This document shows positions 1-11,092 of a DNA stretch of 36,858 bases, in pieces; the first letter of the stretch is position 1, and each line of letters opens with the position of its first letter. Position numbers and translations under genes: made by a program. This stretch comes from Mesotaenium endlicherianum (taxonomy: Eukaryota): contig WELA01002449.1 of NCBI GenBank assembly GCA_009602735.1, positions 375,000 to 411,857 on the forward strand, in the 5' to 3' direction. The notes under the pieces are model-generated. The model was not told the DNA's origin and ran no database searches. It worked only from the letters and a program-made list of their open reading frames with translations.

Positions 1-56
1 CCCACCCCACCCCCCACCCCATCCCTGGCGGTGGTGCTTTGCATCGTTGTGTGCAG

Positions 57-128
57 CTCCTGCGAGATGAGACAATGCGGCGCGACCTGGAGGCGGCGCT
101 CGCGCGGCTCACGCTCAAGGAGCAGCAG
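57..128 (+). CDS. Sigma70-family (plastid-type) sigma factor, internal exon encoding region 4.1; gene starts upstream of the window
   Basis: TGCAG acceptor at 52-56 and CAG|GTACT donor. Encodes LLRDETMRRDLEAALARLTLKEQQ and joins in phase 0 to VIRIKYGLDDG, matching the sigma70 region-4 pattern L..L..RE..VI.LRFGL.DG. Confidence 0.8.
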
Positions 129-924
129 GTACTTTGCCAGAGTGTGTATGCGTGCGCGTGCGTGGGCACTTGCGCTTGTCTGCACTCTCACCCAGAGAGA
201 GTCGCCCCTTTGGAGCATGAGGGCATGGGGCGGGGAGCACCCAAAGGGAGTGAATTGCTTTTCCGCGGGAACCCCTGCTGGGCTTGCGGCTCGAGACCTG
301 GGGTTTATACTACAGGGGTAGGGCTTCGGATTTTCACGAAATGTCGGGCATGGGGTTCAAGTGAGGATCAAGGGCAGTCGATTAGGGTTAGGGTTGGGGT
401 GTGGAATTGAGGGCCTCTAAGGCCCCCAAGGCTGTTGTAGATGCATTGCTGGCGCTTGTGGGGTGCTGCATCAAGCATTTTTTGACTCCTGCGGGGCCTC
501 CCCTAGACCCTTCTTCGCGCGTTGAAAGCTCACTCCTCAGCCCCTCTCGCTCTCCATGTGGCCGTTCCGATCGCGCTCAAGCTGCAGCTCGGGCCGGCGT
601 CTTTGGCCCACCAGAGATTGGTATACTGATAGGAGAGTCATCATTGGAAGCACTGGTAGCATCGGCAACATTGGATAGGCTGGTGTCACTGGTAGCTTCG
701 CGAGCAACGAGATCGTTAGTAGCGTTGAGAGCATTTCCTCCAAAAGTTGCGGTGCAGAGTCCAGACAGCGAGCGGCACTCGCAGGCCAGCTGTTGTGCCT
801 GCCAGCATGAGGTGGGAGGGGTGAGCGGCATATGCCCTCAAACACCGCATAATGGAGTGGCTGGGGCTGGCAAGAATCCTACAAGTGCCTTGATGGGCAT
901 CAGCTCTCGATTGTCCCTCTTGCT

Positions 925-933
925 CACACACAC

Positions 934-969
<36 letters not shown>

Positions 970-982
970 GCGCGCGCGCGCG
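925..982. repeat. Compound (CA)n-(CG)n microsatellite in sigma-gene intron
   Basis: About 21 CA units followed by 7 CG units, read directly. Confidence 0.95.
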
Positions 983-1044
983 GGCGCGCTTGCTGCACTT
1001 TCTTCCCCCTTTGTGGGGCCGCGTCTCATGCACAGCCATGGCAC

Positions 1045-1177
1045 CTGCTGCTGCTGCTGCTTGTGCCGTTGCAGCTGCTGCTTCTCCTGATGCTGCTACT
1101 GCTACCGCTGCTGCGTCTGACGCTCCTGCTCCTGATGCTGCTGCTGCTGCTGCTGCTCTTGCTGCTCTTGCTGCTGC
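1045..1177. repeat. Imperfect (CTG)n repeat abutting a splice acceptor
   Basis: Runs of CTG/CTT/CTC; the source of the spurious poly-Leu/Ala/Ser ORFs. Confidence 0.9.
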
Positions 1178-1179
1178 AG

Positions 1180-1233
1180 GTCATTCGAATCAAGTACGGC
1201 CTGGACGACGGCCGGCAGAAGTCAGCGCAAGAG
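1180..1233 (+). CDS. Sigma factor exon (region 4, VIRIKYGLDDGRQKSAQE)
   Basis: CTGCAG acceptor and GAG|GTGGGT donor; 54 nt, phase 0/0; typical 'RYGL.DG..KS..E' sigma 4 motif. Confidence 0.85.
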
Positions 1234-2172
1234 GTGGGTGGTGCATGCACACCTGCCCCTTCTCTCCTTGCCCCTCCTCTCTTCTGCGGGCCCTTCTTAG
1301 GCGCTAGCACAGCCGCGGCCCCAGACGCAAGAGTTCACTACCGGTGGCGCCAAGGGGCCGCCACCTGGCATCTCGTGGAGTGCGCTTGTGGAGTGCGATG
1401 GGTTCTTGTTCTCGCTTGTGTCTCCTTCTTTTCTCCCTGTCTGCTCGTTTGCCTGCAGGGGCCGTTGGCACTGTTGACCAAGCAGGCATGCCTTGCATCT
1501 CTCTTTGCATCTCCCTTCGCATCTCCTTCGAGTCTCCACGTGCTTGTCGCAAGCCTGTGGTGCGCCTGTAATGTGCCTCGTGCTTGTGTCTTCCCATACG
1601 GCGTGAACGTTCTCTCCCGCTGCACGTGCGTCCTCCACAAGTGAGCGACAGCAGCAGCAGCAGCAGTAGTCAGGATGGTTGTCCCGCTGCGTGCCCGCAA
1701 GCTGAGGGTACCACGACTGCTTGCTACTTGGATCTTTAAATTTCTCGCATATGCTGGGAGGTTGTGCTCAAAAGAGCCGCTGCTTTTCCCCCTGGAGGGA
1801 CCAGGTCGTCAGGCTAGTGTGCTTGCCATGGCTTTCTCTCAGCGTGGGTTTCAGCGTACGCTCTAGGGGTCAGGTTGAGTCTTTGCATCGCGCGTCCGAC
1901 GTGTGCGCGTGCAGCTAGGCACCAGGGCACTCAGCTGCACAGGACGGAGGCTTCTCAGGGGCTTGCCTGTCTCTCGTAGGGCTCTCTCTCTCGCGCTCTT
2001 CTCCGGCTGCTCGGTCGCATGCGGGCTTTGGGAGGTATCCAGTCGCATCTGAAGGAGGCTCCTTGGGTCTAGCCCAGCTGCCTCGCCTCCCATGGGTTTT
2101 GCTCTCTCTGCTGACGAGTGTGCTGCTCGCCTGCCCGATGTGTGTGCGTGCTTTGTGCGTGCGTGCGTGCAG

Positions 2173-2268
2173 GTGTCCGACTACTTTGGCAACACGCGGC
2201 AGGCCGTGGAGGATCGTGCGGTATACATGCTGCGCCGTTTCCCTCTGCCCGACTGCATGCGCCGCTAA
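2173..2268 (+). CDS. Sigma factor terminal exon (region 4.2 helix-turn-helix, VSDYFGNTRQAVEDRAVYMLRRFPLPDCMRR*)
   Basis: GTGCAG acceptor at 2167-2172; in frame with the previous exon; completes an HTH aligned to EIG..FG.SRERV..IE..AL.KL; TAA at 2266-2268. Confidence 0.65.
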   Translation: MSDYFGNTRQAVEDRAVYMLRRFPLPDCMRR

Positions 2269-2314
2269 GCCGACTGGAATGGCCTGACTGCACGCGTGGC
2301 TTACCCACTTGACT

Positions 2315-2370
2315 GCGTCGCTGACCTGGCTGCATGCGTCGCTGACCTCGCTGCATGCATCGCTGGCCTG
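2315..2370. repeat. 21-bp tandem repeat (~2.7 copies) in the probable sigma-gene 3' UTR
   Basis: GCGTCGCTGACCTGGCTGCAT / GCGTCGCTGACCTCGCTGCAT / GCATCGCTGGCCTG. Confidence 0.8.
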
Positions 2371-5142
2371 ACTTAACGACTGGCTGGCCCGCTTACCCGC
2401 CCTCCTCTTCCCTCCTCTCTCCCGTACCCAAGCAGTGGGGAGGACACTGGAGGCTGGAGGGCCCTGCTTGCTGTCTGTGTTTTGTGGATGCGCTCGTGAG
2501 CTTGCCGTCGCTAAAGGGAGCTTCTCGTGGAGAAGCAGAGGCAAGACGGGAATAGCCGTGGGTAGCCTCGGCGGAGAGAGGACGTCTACTCAAAGCACGT
2601 CCATGCTCGACCTGCTCGGCCATGGCTTTCCCTTAGATCGACGAGAGGGCGTCGCTTGTTCATGACAGTGGAGCCATTGCTTGTGGAGCAGGGCCGCTTG
2701 GGGGTTCAGAGTATCTTGCTTATTGCCGAGATATTAAGGTTCAGGGTATTGTTGAGAAGGCACGCTCGAGGGCACAATTGAGTACAGGTTGTGCTCCTTG
2801 CAAGACCCTAGAAAGAGGAACTGTCGGTGTCGTGCTCCTTGCTAAGATTTAAGGTTAGCTTGTGACGTAGTAGAGTTTTGAGTTTCACTGTGACGTGAGG
2901 AGCAAAGGCAACGTGGTCGGTGGACACTAGCGAGCACCATGAGGCGAACAGCCCAGTCAGTGGATGGTGACTGGGTGGCGCGTGCATCGGACTAGTGAAG
3001 TGTCAGAGTGAGCCTATCTGCGACCTTGGTGTGAAACGCAAATCAATTTGGTGGTACTGTGATGTGAGCAGAAGATGGCCCTCCGGAAACTGCGGGACTC
3101 CTCCTCCTTGCAGGAGTACATGTCAGCACCAACTACCGCCTCCACGGGCAGCACTTTGTGAAGACTTTGTGGTGTGGTGCTAGCCCTCTTAGAGTCTTGG
3201 CAAGCAGATTCTGTGTACCGTAGTTTCAGCCAAACTGGTGCCCTATCTTCCGGCAATTTTTTGCAAAAGTTGAGGAGTAGAGTGTCTTGTCAGCTTTTTC
3301 AAATCCGTGAGGTTATTTGAATCATGAAGATGTGCGTGGATGGGTTACGTTTGTAGTGAAGGACTCAAAAAAGGATGTCCACAACACATGTTGTGCTTCG
3401 ATTCAGTTTGGTATACCTACAAATGCTCATGATAGGCCATGTGCCCGCTGAATGACGTGCAAGATTAGATAGTTGCTTTTGATCGTCCACGTATTGTCTC
3501 CACCAAAGAGGTTCCAACAACTTCAGGTGATTTGATTTCACTGTATTCAAACTATTAACTTGGGTTAATTGTGTCAAGAATACATGCGTTTATATATGGT
3601 TATGCTTGAATGATTTCCAGGTTGATGACCCCGACTGTGTAGCTAGTCGTAGTTTGTCCCGTCATAAAATTGGTGGCTGAACTTGCTAGTATGCGAGGTT
3701 GAAAAAAGACCAACGAGCGTTACCGATTAGGGTTGATGTTGCCCGCTGTGACCAGGCTTGATGGGGTCGCAAAGTTTGGTTTCACGGAAGACGCCGCACG
3801 TGTTGTTCTTGGACAAAGTTTCAACCTATGGGCGATGTCAACAGTTTGCAGTTGACATTGATCTAGAACGCTATTTATGTCAAACAGATGATGAAATATG
3901 TTCGTTACTAGACATATGCATTGCAAATATGTTGCTAATATCTTCCACCCCTAGAAGCAGAGGTGTTCATGATCGACGAGTTTGAGCAAAAATATCAGAG
4001 TGAAGTATTTGTCATCAGTATGTTGTCTGTGCCCATCATGAATCATGTATATGTGTAATGTATGTGATTGAATGTCGTATGTCTACGTATACATTGGGAA
4101 GTTGCACAAATCATTGTAATGATTGTAAATGATTGTAAATCAGTGTAAGGCATGTGCAATGACTAACACAACTGACGACAAGTAGGGTCTTAAAGCGGTA
4201 AATTGAAATGGATAAACAGTATAATGAAATATCACACTCCGCATGTTAACCATAAACTAAACAAATGAGCCTATGGAATATGGGAAAGGTTATTGGTTAT
4301 TGAGGGGAGGTGCGAGCAAGAAAGACATAACGACAAGCAAAGGAGGATTGCTAACAGTTGAGTATACAGGGTTTAGGAAGACAGCAAGGAAGAGACATGC
4401 CGTTGCTAGATTAACATGTTCATGCCAGCGCTCCAACTACATGTGTAGATTCTATATACGTATTGAGTTGGCTTTCGGAGGTTGACTCGGCAACTCTAGA
4501 GTTTTCATTAAGATTGTTTTTCCAATATTACTTCCCTAGTGAGGAGATATTTTTGAGCTTCAAACTGAAACGCGTCCACTGGCTCGATCAGAATGGGGCG
4601 ACAAATTCCACCCCATAAATTGTGTAGGAAGTGCGTGGGATCATATCCTATGTGGAAAACCCCACTTTTGAGATCCGGGTTTTGAAATATACATACGGTT
4701 GAGTTTGAACTATATCAAAATTTGACGTGGGGGCGAACGTCGAAGTCAAAAGTCACGAATCTATTTAATGAATTGAACACCAAGGACAATTTGAAGGTTC
4801 GAATCAAACCACGATTTAGGAAAGTTAAAATGATTAAACGATGATCGTTAAGAATTAAACAGATAGAAATTGTTGTTTTTTGTGCTTAATGATTTAGAGA
4901 AACAAACGGTATGAAAAGTCGTCACTAATGAGCTTGAGATCTTCGTCACCTTTTAAGAACTTCTACATTTCAAAGCAAAATACTATGCAACTTTTACGAC
5001 CACATGCATTTGTCATGATATACCCAAAAGATCATCAATTATCACCCGCACAAAAAAATATCACTTTGTCTCACATACGTGAAAGCGGGTGCGGAGGTCC
5101 GATTTTTTTTTCATCCCTTCCACTTCGGTTTAGCTAGCTGCC

Positions 5143-5348
5143 ATGGCGGCCTCTAGCAATGGCGTTCGTTAAGTCCTAGGAGATGCTAATACACAACTTA
5201 GACCATGTGCACGCTCGTCCGGATCTAGCTTCCAATCGCTAGTTACCTAGGCCCTAGCAATGGCATCCGGATCTGTAGTTTTGGCTACGGCACAGCCGAG
5301 TTTAGGTATTGCAACCCTAGATACGCCACATCCTCCTCCCTTAGACGT
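5143..5348 (+). pseudogene. 5' part of the CRE-like ORF
   Basis: ATG 5143 (and in-frame ATG 5260) is in frame with GAC GT|G TCT TGT CCT AAT TGC across the element A insertion; two in-frame stops (TAA, TAG) are consistent with CAA/CAG decay. Confidence 0.6.
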
Positions 5349-5851
5349 TGTAGTGATTTGAGTTATAATAAATTAGTTTGTTTTTATTCTAATGCTTTTG
5401 AATATATTTGGAGTATTATGGTGTGGATTCAAGAGTGAATAGGTACTCTAGTGACATGGTTCATGTCCTTTGAACCTTCTAAAGCATTTTCAAAGTTAGA
5501 GGAAGGACCTAGAAGAACTCCATGTGGCAAAAGTCAAATGCGCTATTTTTAGGTCAAAAGGACATGTGTACATTATTCTTAGAAAGAGGTGGCAAGTTTT
5601 GGGATGTGTTGGGTGCCAACACATCAACATGGACCTTCCTAGACATTACTTAATAGCAAGTATATACACAACAGCTAGAACATAGAAAGGCATTCCATAA
5701 TCACTCTTGTACTTGCAAATTTCCAAAAATATATTAACTTTCAAGAAGCCATCCCTCTTTCAAGAAGCTACCACTTGTGTTCAAAGATCCTTGTCTTGAA
5801 TAGATAAAGTATTTTATATAACTAAGTACTTTATCTATCTGTTTTACTACA
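5349..5851 (+). repeat. Element A 5' LTR
   Basis: TGTAGTGATTTG...TTACTACA; direct repeat of 23472-23974, roughly 10% diverged by eye. Confidence 0.95.
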
Positions 5852-5852
5852 G

Positions 5853-5864
5853 TGGTATCAGAGC
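5853..5864 (+). promoter_or_regulatory. Primer binding site (initiator tRNA-Met) of element A
   Basis: TGGTATCAGAGC, 1 nt after the LTR end. Confidence 0.95.
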
Positions 5865-5888
5865 TAGGCACTTTGGTAGCACAAGAAG

Positions 5889-7108
5889 ATGGCCGATCCT
5901 CAAGACCAACAGCAAGCTTTTGAAGAAGGCATTTCATCTCCAGGAGGGCCTCCTCCAGCGCTGATGGGAGAGCCCACTCAAGGAAATCTGTAACAACAAG
6001 AAGCACCACAAGGAGGAGCACTGTCAAATCCCGTGGCAGACGCTATAGCAAAGTTGACCCCACCAAAAGGAGTTCCCGCAAATGAGTGGGCAGCTTTCCC
6101 AATGACCGTCCACAACCAAGTGGGCTTGGCCACCTATGAAGCAACCGTGCAAGCGTCAAGAGAAGCTATGGCTGCCATGGAAGCCCCTATTGGAAGCCCC
6201 TATTGGAAGCAACGCTCAAAATCCAACCCCGGCTCAAGCGCCTCCACAAGAGTCTACGAGAGCAAGGAAACTCATCAAGCCCGGCAAACCCGACACTTTC
6301 AACCCCGGGAAAGGAGCCAACTTGACTTTATGGCTCAACCAAGTGGAGACGTACCTCACATTCCTTGAAGTACCCGAGGAGGACTACGTTCCCTTTGCCA
6401 TTACCTTACTTAGAGTAGCAGCAACATCATGGTGGCGTAACTATCAAGCGGATGTACATCAAGCTATGGCGCACCCTATGCTCGGCCAATAGCCCCCACC
6501 ATCATATGCAAGATGGGCAGATTTTCGTGAGGCCCTCAAGAAGCAATTCATGCCCATCAATGCGGAGAAGATTGCCCGAGGAAAGCTCCACCATTTTGAG
6601 CAAACGACGTCCGTTCAAGAGTATACATCCAGATTTCACGCCCTCACTCTTGAGATCCCCAACATGTCTCTCGAGGAGAAGATTGATCGCTACATCTTTG
6701 GCCTCAAGCCCAAGGTGGCAAAGGAAGTGGAATTACGCGACTTGACGGAATTCTCAAAGATCATTTGAAGTGGCCCAAAAGGTGGATACCTTGAATTTTA
6801 AGCATTCATTGCCTTCACCTTCACGGGCACCGACGACGCGGGTGTACGCAGCCCCTTCCACATCCGAATCTGGACCCACACCCATGGAAATTGGAGTCAT
6901 TAGAAGAGACCCTGCGGCTGCCCGGAAGAGAAGAAGACCCTCCGATAACACTTATAATGCAAGAAACCAGCAAGGAGTAAAAACAAGACTCTCCGCGGCT
7001 GAAAAAGAAGCTCTTATGGCGGTTGGACTATGCTTTTATTGTAAGGAAAAGGGTCATCGTGCAGTCTCATGCCCCAAAAAGTTGTCAAAAAATGGACAGC
7101 GCCGGTAG
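5889..7108 (+). pseudogene. gag: Element A gag (disrupted)
   Basis: ATG 5889; KPGKPDTF, AATSWW, QTTSVQEY..F, YIFGLKP, PTPMEIG and the zinc knuckle CFYCKEKGHRAVSC; internal stops and frameshifts. Confidence 0.9.
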
Positions 7109-8223
7109 GCCAGGAGCCTACCACCCCAAGACCCACTTCACAAGAAGACAACAAGCCAAGTGAGGTGGAGACCCTCGTTGAAGACGACGTTCTAGCCCCA
7201 ATGAGTTTGAGAGATTACCTTGGAGGAGAGAAGGTCCACATCTTGGTGGATAGCGGAGCCCTAGGCAACTTCATCGCTGCAAATTTTGCCACCAGCACGG
7301 TATTACTATGCGAACTCTTGACCACAACGAGGAGATTATGATGCCCGACGGATTCTCCTATACGATCCCTTCCAAGAAAACGCACCCCTTGGCACTCTCT
7401 ATCAAGTCCTTCAAGGATAGAGTAGTGTTCTCCCCTATGCAATTGGGCAAGTACAACGTCATCCTAGGGACGCCTTGGTTGACCAAGCACAACCCCCAAG
7501 TTAATTGGAGGGACGGTACCATCAAGATCAAGAACGACATTACTTCAAGAAANCGACATTACTTCAAATCTGTATTTTGCGCGCAATCCAGAATATCCAG
7601 ACCCAAGACATCAAGAGGCCGGCACATGAGATACTATTGTCCGCCCTCCAACTCAAGAGACTTGTGAGGAAAGGACACGAGCTTATTTTGGCCTTGATCA
7701 CGCCAAAAGACATCAAGAAAGACATCGAGAGTCAAGAAGGCAGACTCATTCCCAAGGAGATACAAGAAGTCTTGAAGGACTACAAAGAAGCGTTCTCCCC
7801 CAAATTGCCCAAGGGCTTACCCCCCAAGAGATTCGTAGACCACAAGATAGAGTTGGAGCCCGGAAGCAAGCCCATCTCTTGGCCTACGTTCAAGATGTCA
7901 TACACGGAGCTAGACGAAGTCAAGAAGCAAATCAAGGAGCTACTGGAGTATGGCTTCATTCGACCTAGCAANTATGGCTTCATTCGACCAAGCAAGTCGC
8001 CATTTGGAGCCCCGGTGCTATTTGTCAAGAAGAAGGATGGTACCTTGAGAATGTGTGTGGACTATCGCGCCCTCAATAAGATCACCATCAAGAATTGATA
8101 CCCGCTGCCGCGCATGGATGAGCTCATGGACCGGCTGGTTAGAGCCAAATACTTCACGATGGTGGACTTGAGAAGCGGCTACCACCAGATTCTCATCGCC
8201 GAACATGACATAGAGAAGTTGGC
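7087..8223 (+). pseudogene. pol: Element A pol, part 1 (protease and RT N-terminus)
   Basis: LVDSGA protease motif; [46 protein letters not shown]; cut by solo LTR C1. Confidence 0.92.
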
Positions 8224-8583
8224 TGTAAGGTTATGAACGCATAGTTTGTTTCTTTCTAGTATTTTATATGCATAGAGTGTGATTTTAGAAGAACTATGAC
8301 CTTTATTTCAAGTCAGTTGGACAAGTATTGAGATAGTTATGAATTTTGGAAGTTTTTAGTGAGTTTTTAATGTCACGGATTCTATTTAGTGACAAGGACA
8401 GGTCCAGTGACGAAAATTTCGGTTGGAGTCCAGGAAGTAGGACATTGAAACATGAGGGTTCCAGAAAGTACGTACAATTACGTAGAGTGCCAAAGTGATC
8501 GTGGAATTTCTAGAAACTCCGTAAGGAGTTAGTGGATTGTGTAGTAGAATATTCTAGAGTGTGATTGTGTCCGTGTGAGTGTG

Positions 8584-9302
8584 TGAAATGAATCGACTTA
8601 CCAAATAGGCGATTAACAATTAATAAAGATCTTTATATCAGCAGGTAATCCTTACGGTATTTTCGTTAACTCGTTAAACGGCAAAGGACAATACACTAGC
8701 AGGGAATACTACTCGTCAGTCAAATGAGAGTAAACTAGCATCCATAATGCAAATCAGTAAACTCATACATAAGCAAGGTTAGAAGACAGTGCGTATCAAT
8801 GGCTTCTCGCCTTGGATTCAGATCTCTCTCAGTAAGCTGTACAAGAGAGTTGGCCTCGTTTCCGAATGCCGAACTCGAGAGCAATGCCTAGCATATGTAC
8901 ATGGAATGAGTTTACTGTTCAACGGTCAGTGCGATGGCACCGCCTACCCGGGAGTTAACCACGTTGGTAGGACCTCGGTTAACCAAATCCACCGCCATCT
9001 CCCATCATCCCGAATAGCCATCCATCATAGGGATGTCATCTGGCTATTCATCTAGCATATCGCACTTAGATGCATATCAAGGCAGTTCGCTGCTACCGAG
9101 TACGGAAGTCAGCTGGCTGTCAAAGAATGGGTCAGCAAGCTGACTTATATGGACTTCAGCCTGCTGCTTTCGGCTGAGTCATTAAACTGATAATTATGTA
9201 AAGTCCAGCAGACTGACTATTAACTAAAGTTCAGCAGGCTGAACTTAATTAACTATTATATTTAAATGAATATTATATCCACTAATATACTGATTCATTA
9301 CA
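8584..9302 (-). repeat. Element B1 3' LTR (719 bp)
   Basis: On the minus strand reads TGTAATGAATC...GATTCATTTCA with imperfect terminal inverted repeats; homologous to 16658-17403, 18412-19130 and 28938-29657. Confidence 0.95.
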
Positions 9303-9317
9303 ATCCCTCCAACTTAA
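9303..9317 (-). promoter_or_regulatory. Polypurine tract of B1
   Basis: TTAAGTTGGAGGGAT immediately 5' of the 3' LTR on the minus strand. Confidence 0.75.
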
Positions 9318-9415
9318 CTTGTTGTCGCCTCGACAACATTAAACTGCAGAAATTTTAAATAAGGGAACTGAACCTGACCAGCCTCCCTTACTGACTGCCT
9401 CTTCAGCGTGTCACC

Positions 9416-11092
9416 TTAAGGGGTTGTTCCTGGGGCTTCAGGGTCAGGAGACGGAGATCTGGACCTAGATCTGGACAGCCCTCTAGGTCTGTCAGCTGGC
9501 CTTCTAAAGAACCCTGTTTGCTCTAAAGTTGGCCCTCGAGGAGAACGGAGGATGGTGGCCTGCTCTTCAACCACTTGGGTGTTGATTCCCACATAGACAG
9601 GCATTCCAGTAGGATGCTGAAATACATTGGCTAGAGGTACATGCCCCTGAGCGGAGGGGGAGGCTGGCATACCTCTGGCCCACCCGCGTGTCCCTCTTCT
9701 GGCACCCCTGTCCTCTGGGGATTTCTGTCTGTGTCTGCTGCCCAGTACCGTCAGATCAGCTTCTTCCCCTGCTTGGGCAGGTGGGCTGGGGGAGCGAGCG
9801 CGGGGTCCAGTTGTCGCCATAACGGGGATCACATTCCACACACCTGATCGTGGTTCTTTAGGAAGTGCCACTGCCTGTCCCTGGGTATCCTGAGTACCTG
9901 CTGCTGATGCTTCTCCTCTGCCTTGTTCTTCTTCCTCATCCTCCTCATCCTCCTCCTCGGAGAGAGTAGGGGTCTCGTCCACTAAGTCGTCCTGCTCCCT
10001 AGTAGACATGGAGTAGTCTACCGACCTCCCTTTCTTAGGGCGCGCTGGAGGTTGCTTGGCCTTCAGCCTACTGATATCTATCCGGCCTGCATTCTTTGCC
10101 CATTTGACAAAGGCATGCTTTCCCTTAGAGAAGTACTCTCTTCCCCTCCTCCTATGTTCCTTGGTCTCTGCATTCATATTGCTCAGGCATCCATTCAGCC
10201 TGGGGTCCCAAGGGGCAATGTGAGGTGGTAGGATGAGATAGCCGTCTAGGCCATAGTGGAAGTCATCCGGTTGGGCTCGGTCACACTCCTGCTTCTTATT
10301 TGTGACGGTCATCCACCTCCAGTCTGTTGGCTGCTGGTAGTACTGGGGTCCGTGCTCAGCCTTCCTCAGTTTACACGGGAACCAGTGGGGAGAGAACATC
10401 TGCTGTCCTGCTTCCCTGGCCAAGTACTCCCAGCTCCTTCTCTCAACTTCATTGTAAGCTGGCAGGAGTGTGAGGTAGAATACCGTATCCTTAAAGCTAT
10501 CGGGCCGCATGCTCACCATCCGGATGAGTCTCTGATCTCCCACTATTCCCGGTATGGGGACCGGCTTGTCCTCTGAATCATCTGCGAGATACCGGGCCTG
10601 CTCTGCTGTATAGCCCACCATCTTAGCATAATCTTCGTAAAGGACCACGCCGGTGTGTGTCTCGATGTACCTGTCCAGTGCTGTAGCTCCTTCCTTCTGT
10701 AGCAGTGTTGTCTGTTCCAGCCTGTTGATCTCCTGGGCTGCCAGCAATGCTTCCTTCAGGTTATCGAAGTTTTGGCCACCCACCACAGTATACCTGTAAG
10801 TGGCCAAGCTCTTCTGTCTGTCCGCTTCAATCTTTTTTCTTTTCTCCTCTTCTGCCGCTGCCGCTTCTTCTTGCTGTTTCTTCTGTCTCTCCTCCTCAGC
10901 CTTCCTGAGGTTTTCCGCTTCCTGATCCTTCTTCCTCTGTGCCTCTTCTGCCGCCTCTTGTTGTTTGCGGACCCTTTCTTGTTCTCTCCTGGTGAGGGAC
11001 GTCGCCGCCAGCTCCTTCTGGTATTGCTCCATTGTCCTCCTGGCTTCTTCTGCCTTGCGCTTTCTGTCCTCCTTTTGTGTGGTGGGCGCCAT
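9416..11092 (-). CDS. B1 ORF3: 558-aa protein of unknown function (coiled-coil N-terminus, aromatic-rich core, acidic tract, RS/SP-rich tail)
   Basis: Long open frame between pol and the 3' LTR in sense orientation. The ORF track starts at TTG 11116, but ATG 11092 directly follows a splice acceptor. A near-identical copy lies at 27148-28824. Confidence 0.85.
   Translation of the reverse strand: MAPTTQKEDRKRKAEEARRTMEQYQKELAATSLTRREQERVRKQQEAAEEAQRKKDQEAENLRKAEEERQKKQQEEAAAAEEEKRKKIEADRQKSLATYRYTVVGGQNFDNLKEALLAAQEINRLEQTTLLQKEGATALDRYIETHTGVVLYEDYAKMVGYTAEQARYLADDSEDKPVPIPGIVGDQRLIRMVSMRPDSFKDTVFYLTLLPAYNEVERRSWEYLAREAGQQMFSPHWFPCKLRKAEHGPQYYQQPTDWRWMTVTNKKQECDRAQPDDFHYGLDGYLILPPHIAPWDPRLNGCLSNMNAETKEHRRRGREYFSKGKHAFVKWAKNAGRIDISRLKAKQPPARPKKGRSVDYSMSTREQDDLVDETPTLSEEEDEEDEEEEQGRGEASAAGTQDTQGQAVALPKEPRSGVWNVIPVMATTGPRARSPSPPAQAGEEADLTVLGSRHRQKSPEDRGARRGTRGWARGMPASPSAQGHVPLANVFQHPTGMPVYVGINTQVVEEQATILRSPRGPTLEQTGFFRRPADRPRGLSRSRSRSPSPDPEAPGTTP

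Noticed and set aside
372..399. TTAGGGTTAGGGTTGGGG telomere-like / G-quadruplex-like motif
   Set aside because: Only two perfect units in an intron, too short to distinguish from background.
401..1700. Several long ORFs with poly-Leu/Ala/Ser/His-Thr runs
   Set aside because: They are products of CA and CTG microsatellites in introns; only the 54-nt exon has recognisable homology.
2660..5100. Intergenic short ORFs and the ATTGTAAAT-like mini repeat near 4113-4149
   Set aside because: No homology, terminal repeats or TSDs recognised.
7537..7995. Short tandem duplications around single Ns (7553 and 7972)
   Set aside because: Typical contig-overlap artefacts at scaffold joins, not biological repeats.
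8789..9055. 88-aa ORF (MRINGFSPW...) repeated in each family-B LTR
   Set aside because: It has a GTG start, is antisense to the element and is broken in the older solo LTR; its recurrence is explained by LTR identity.
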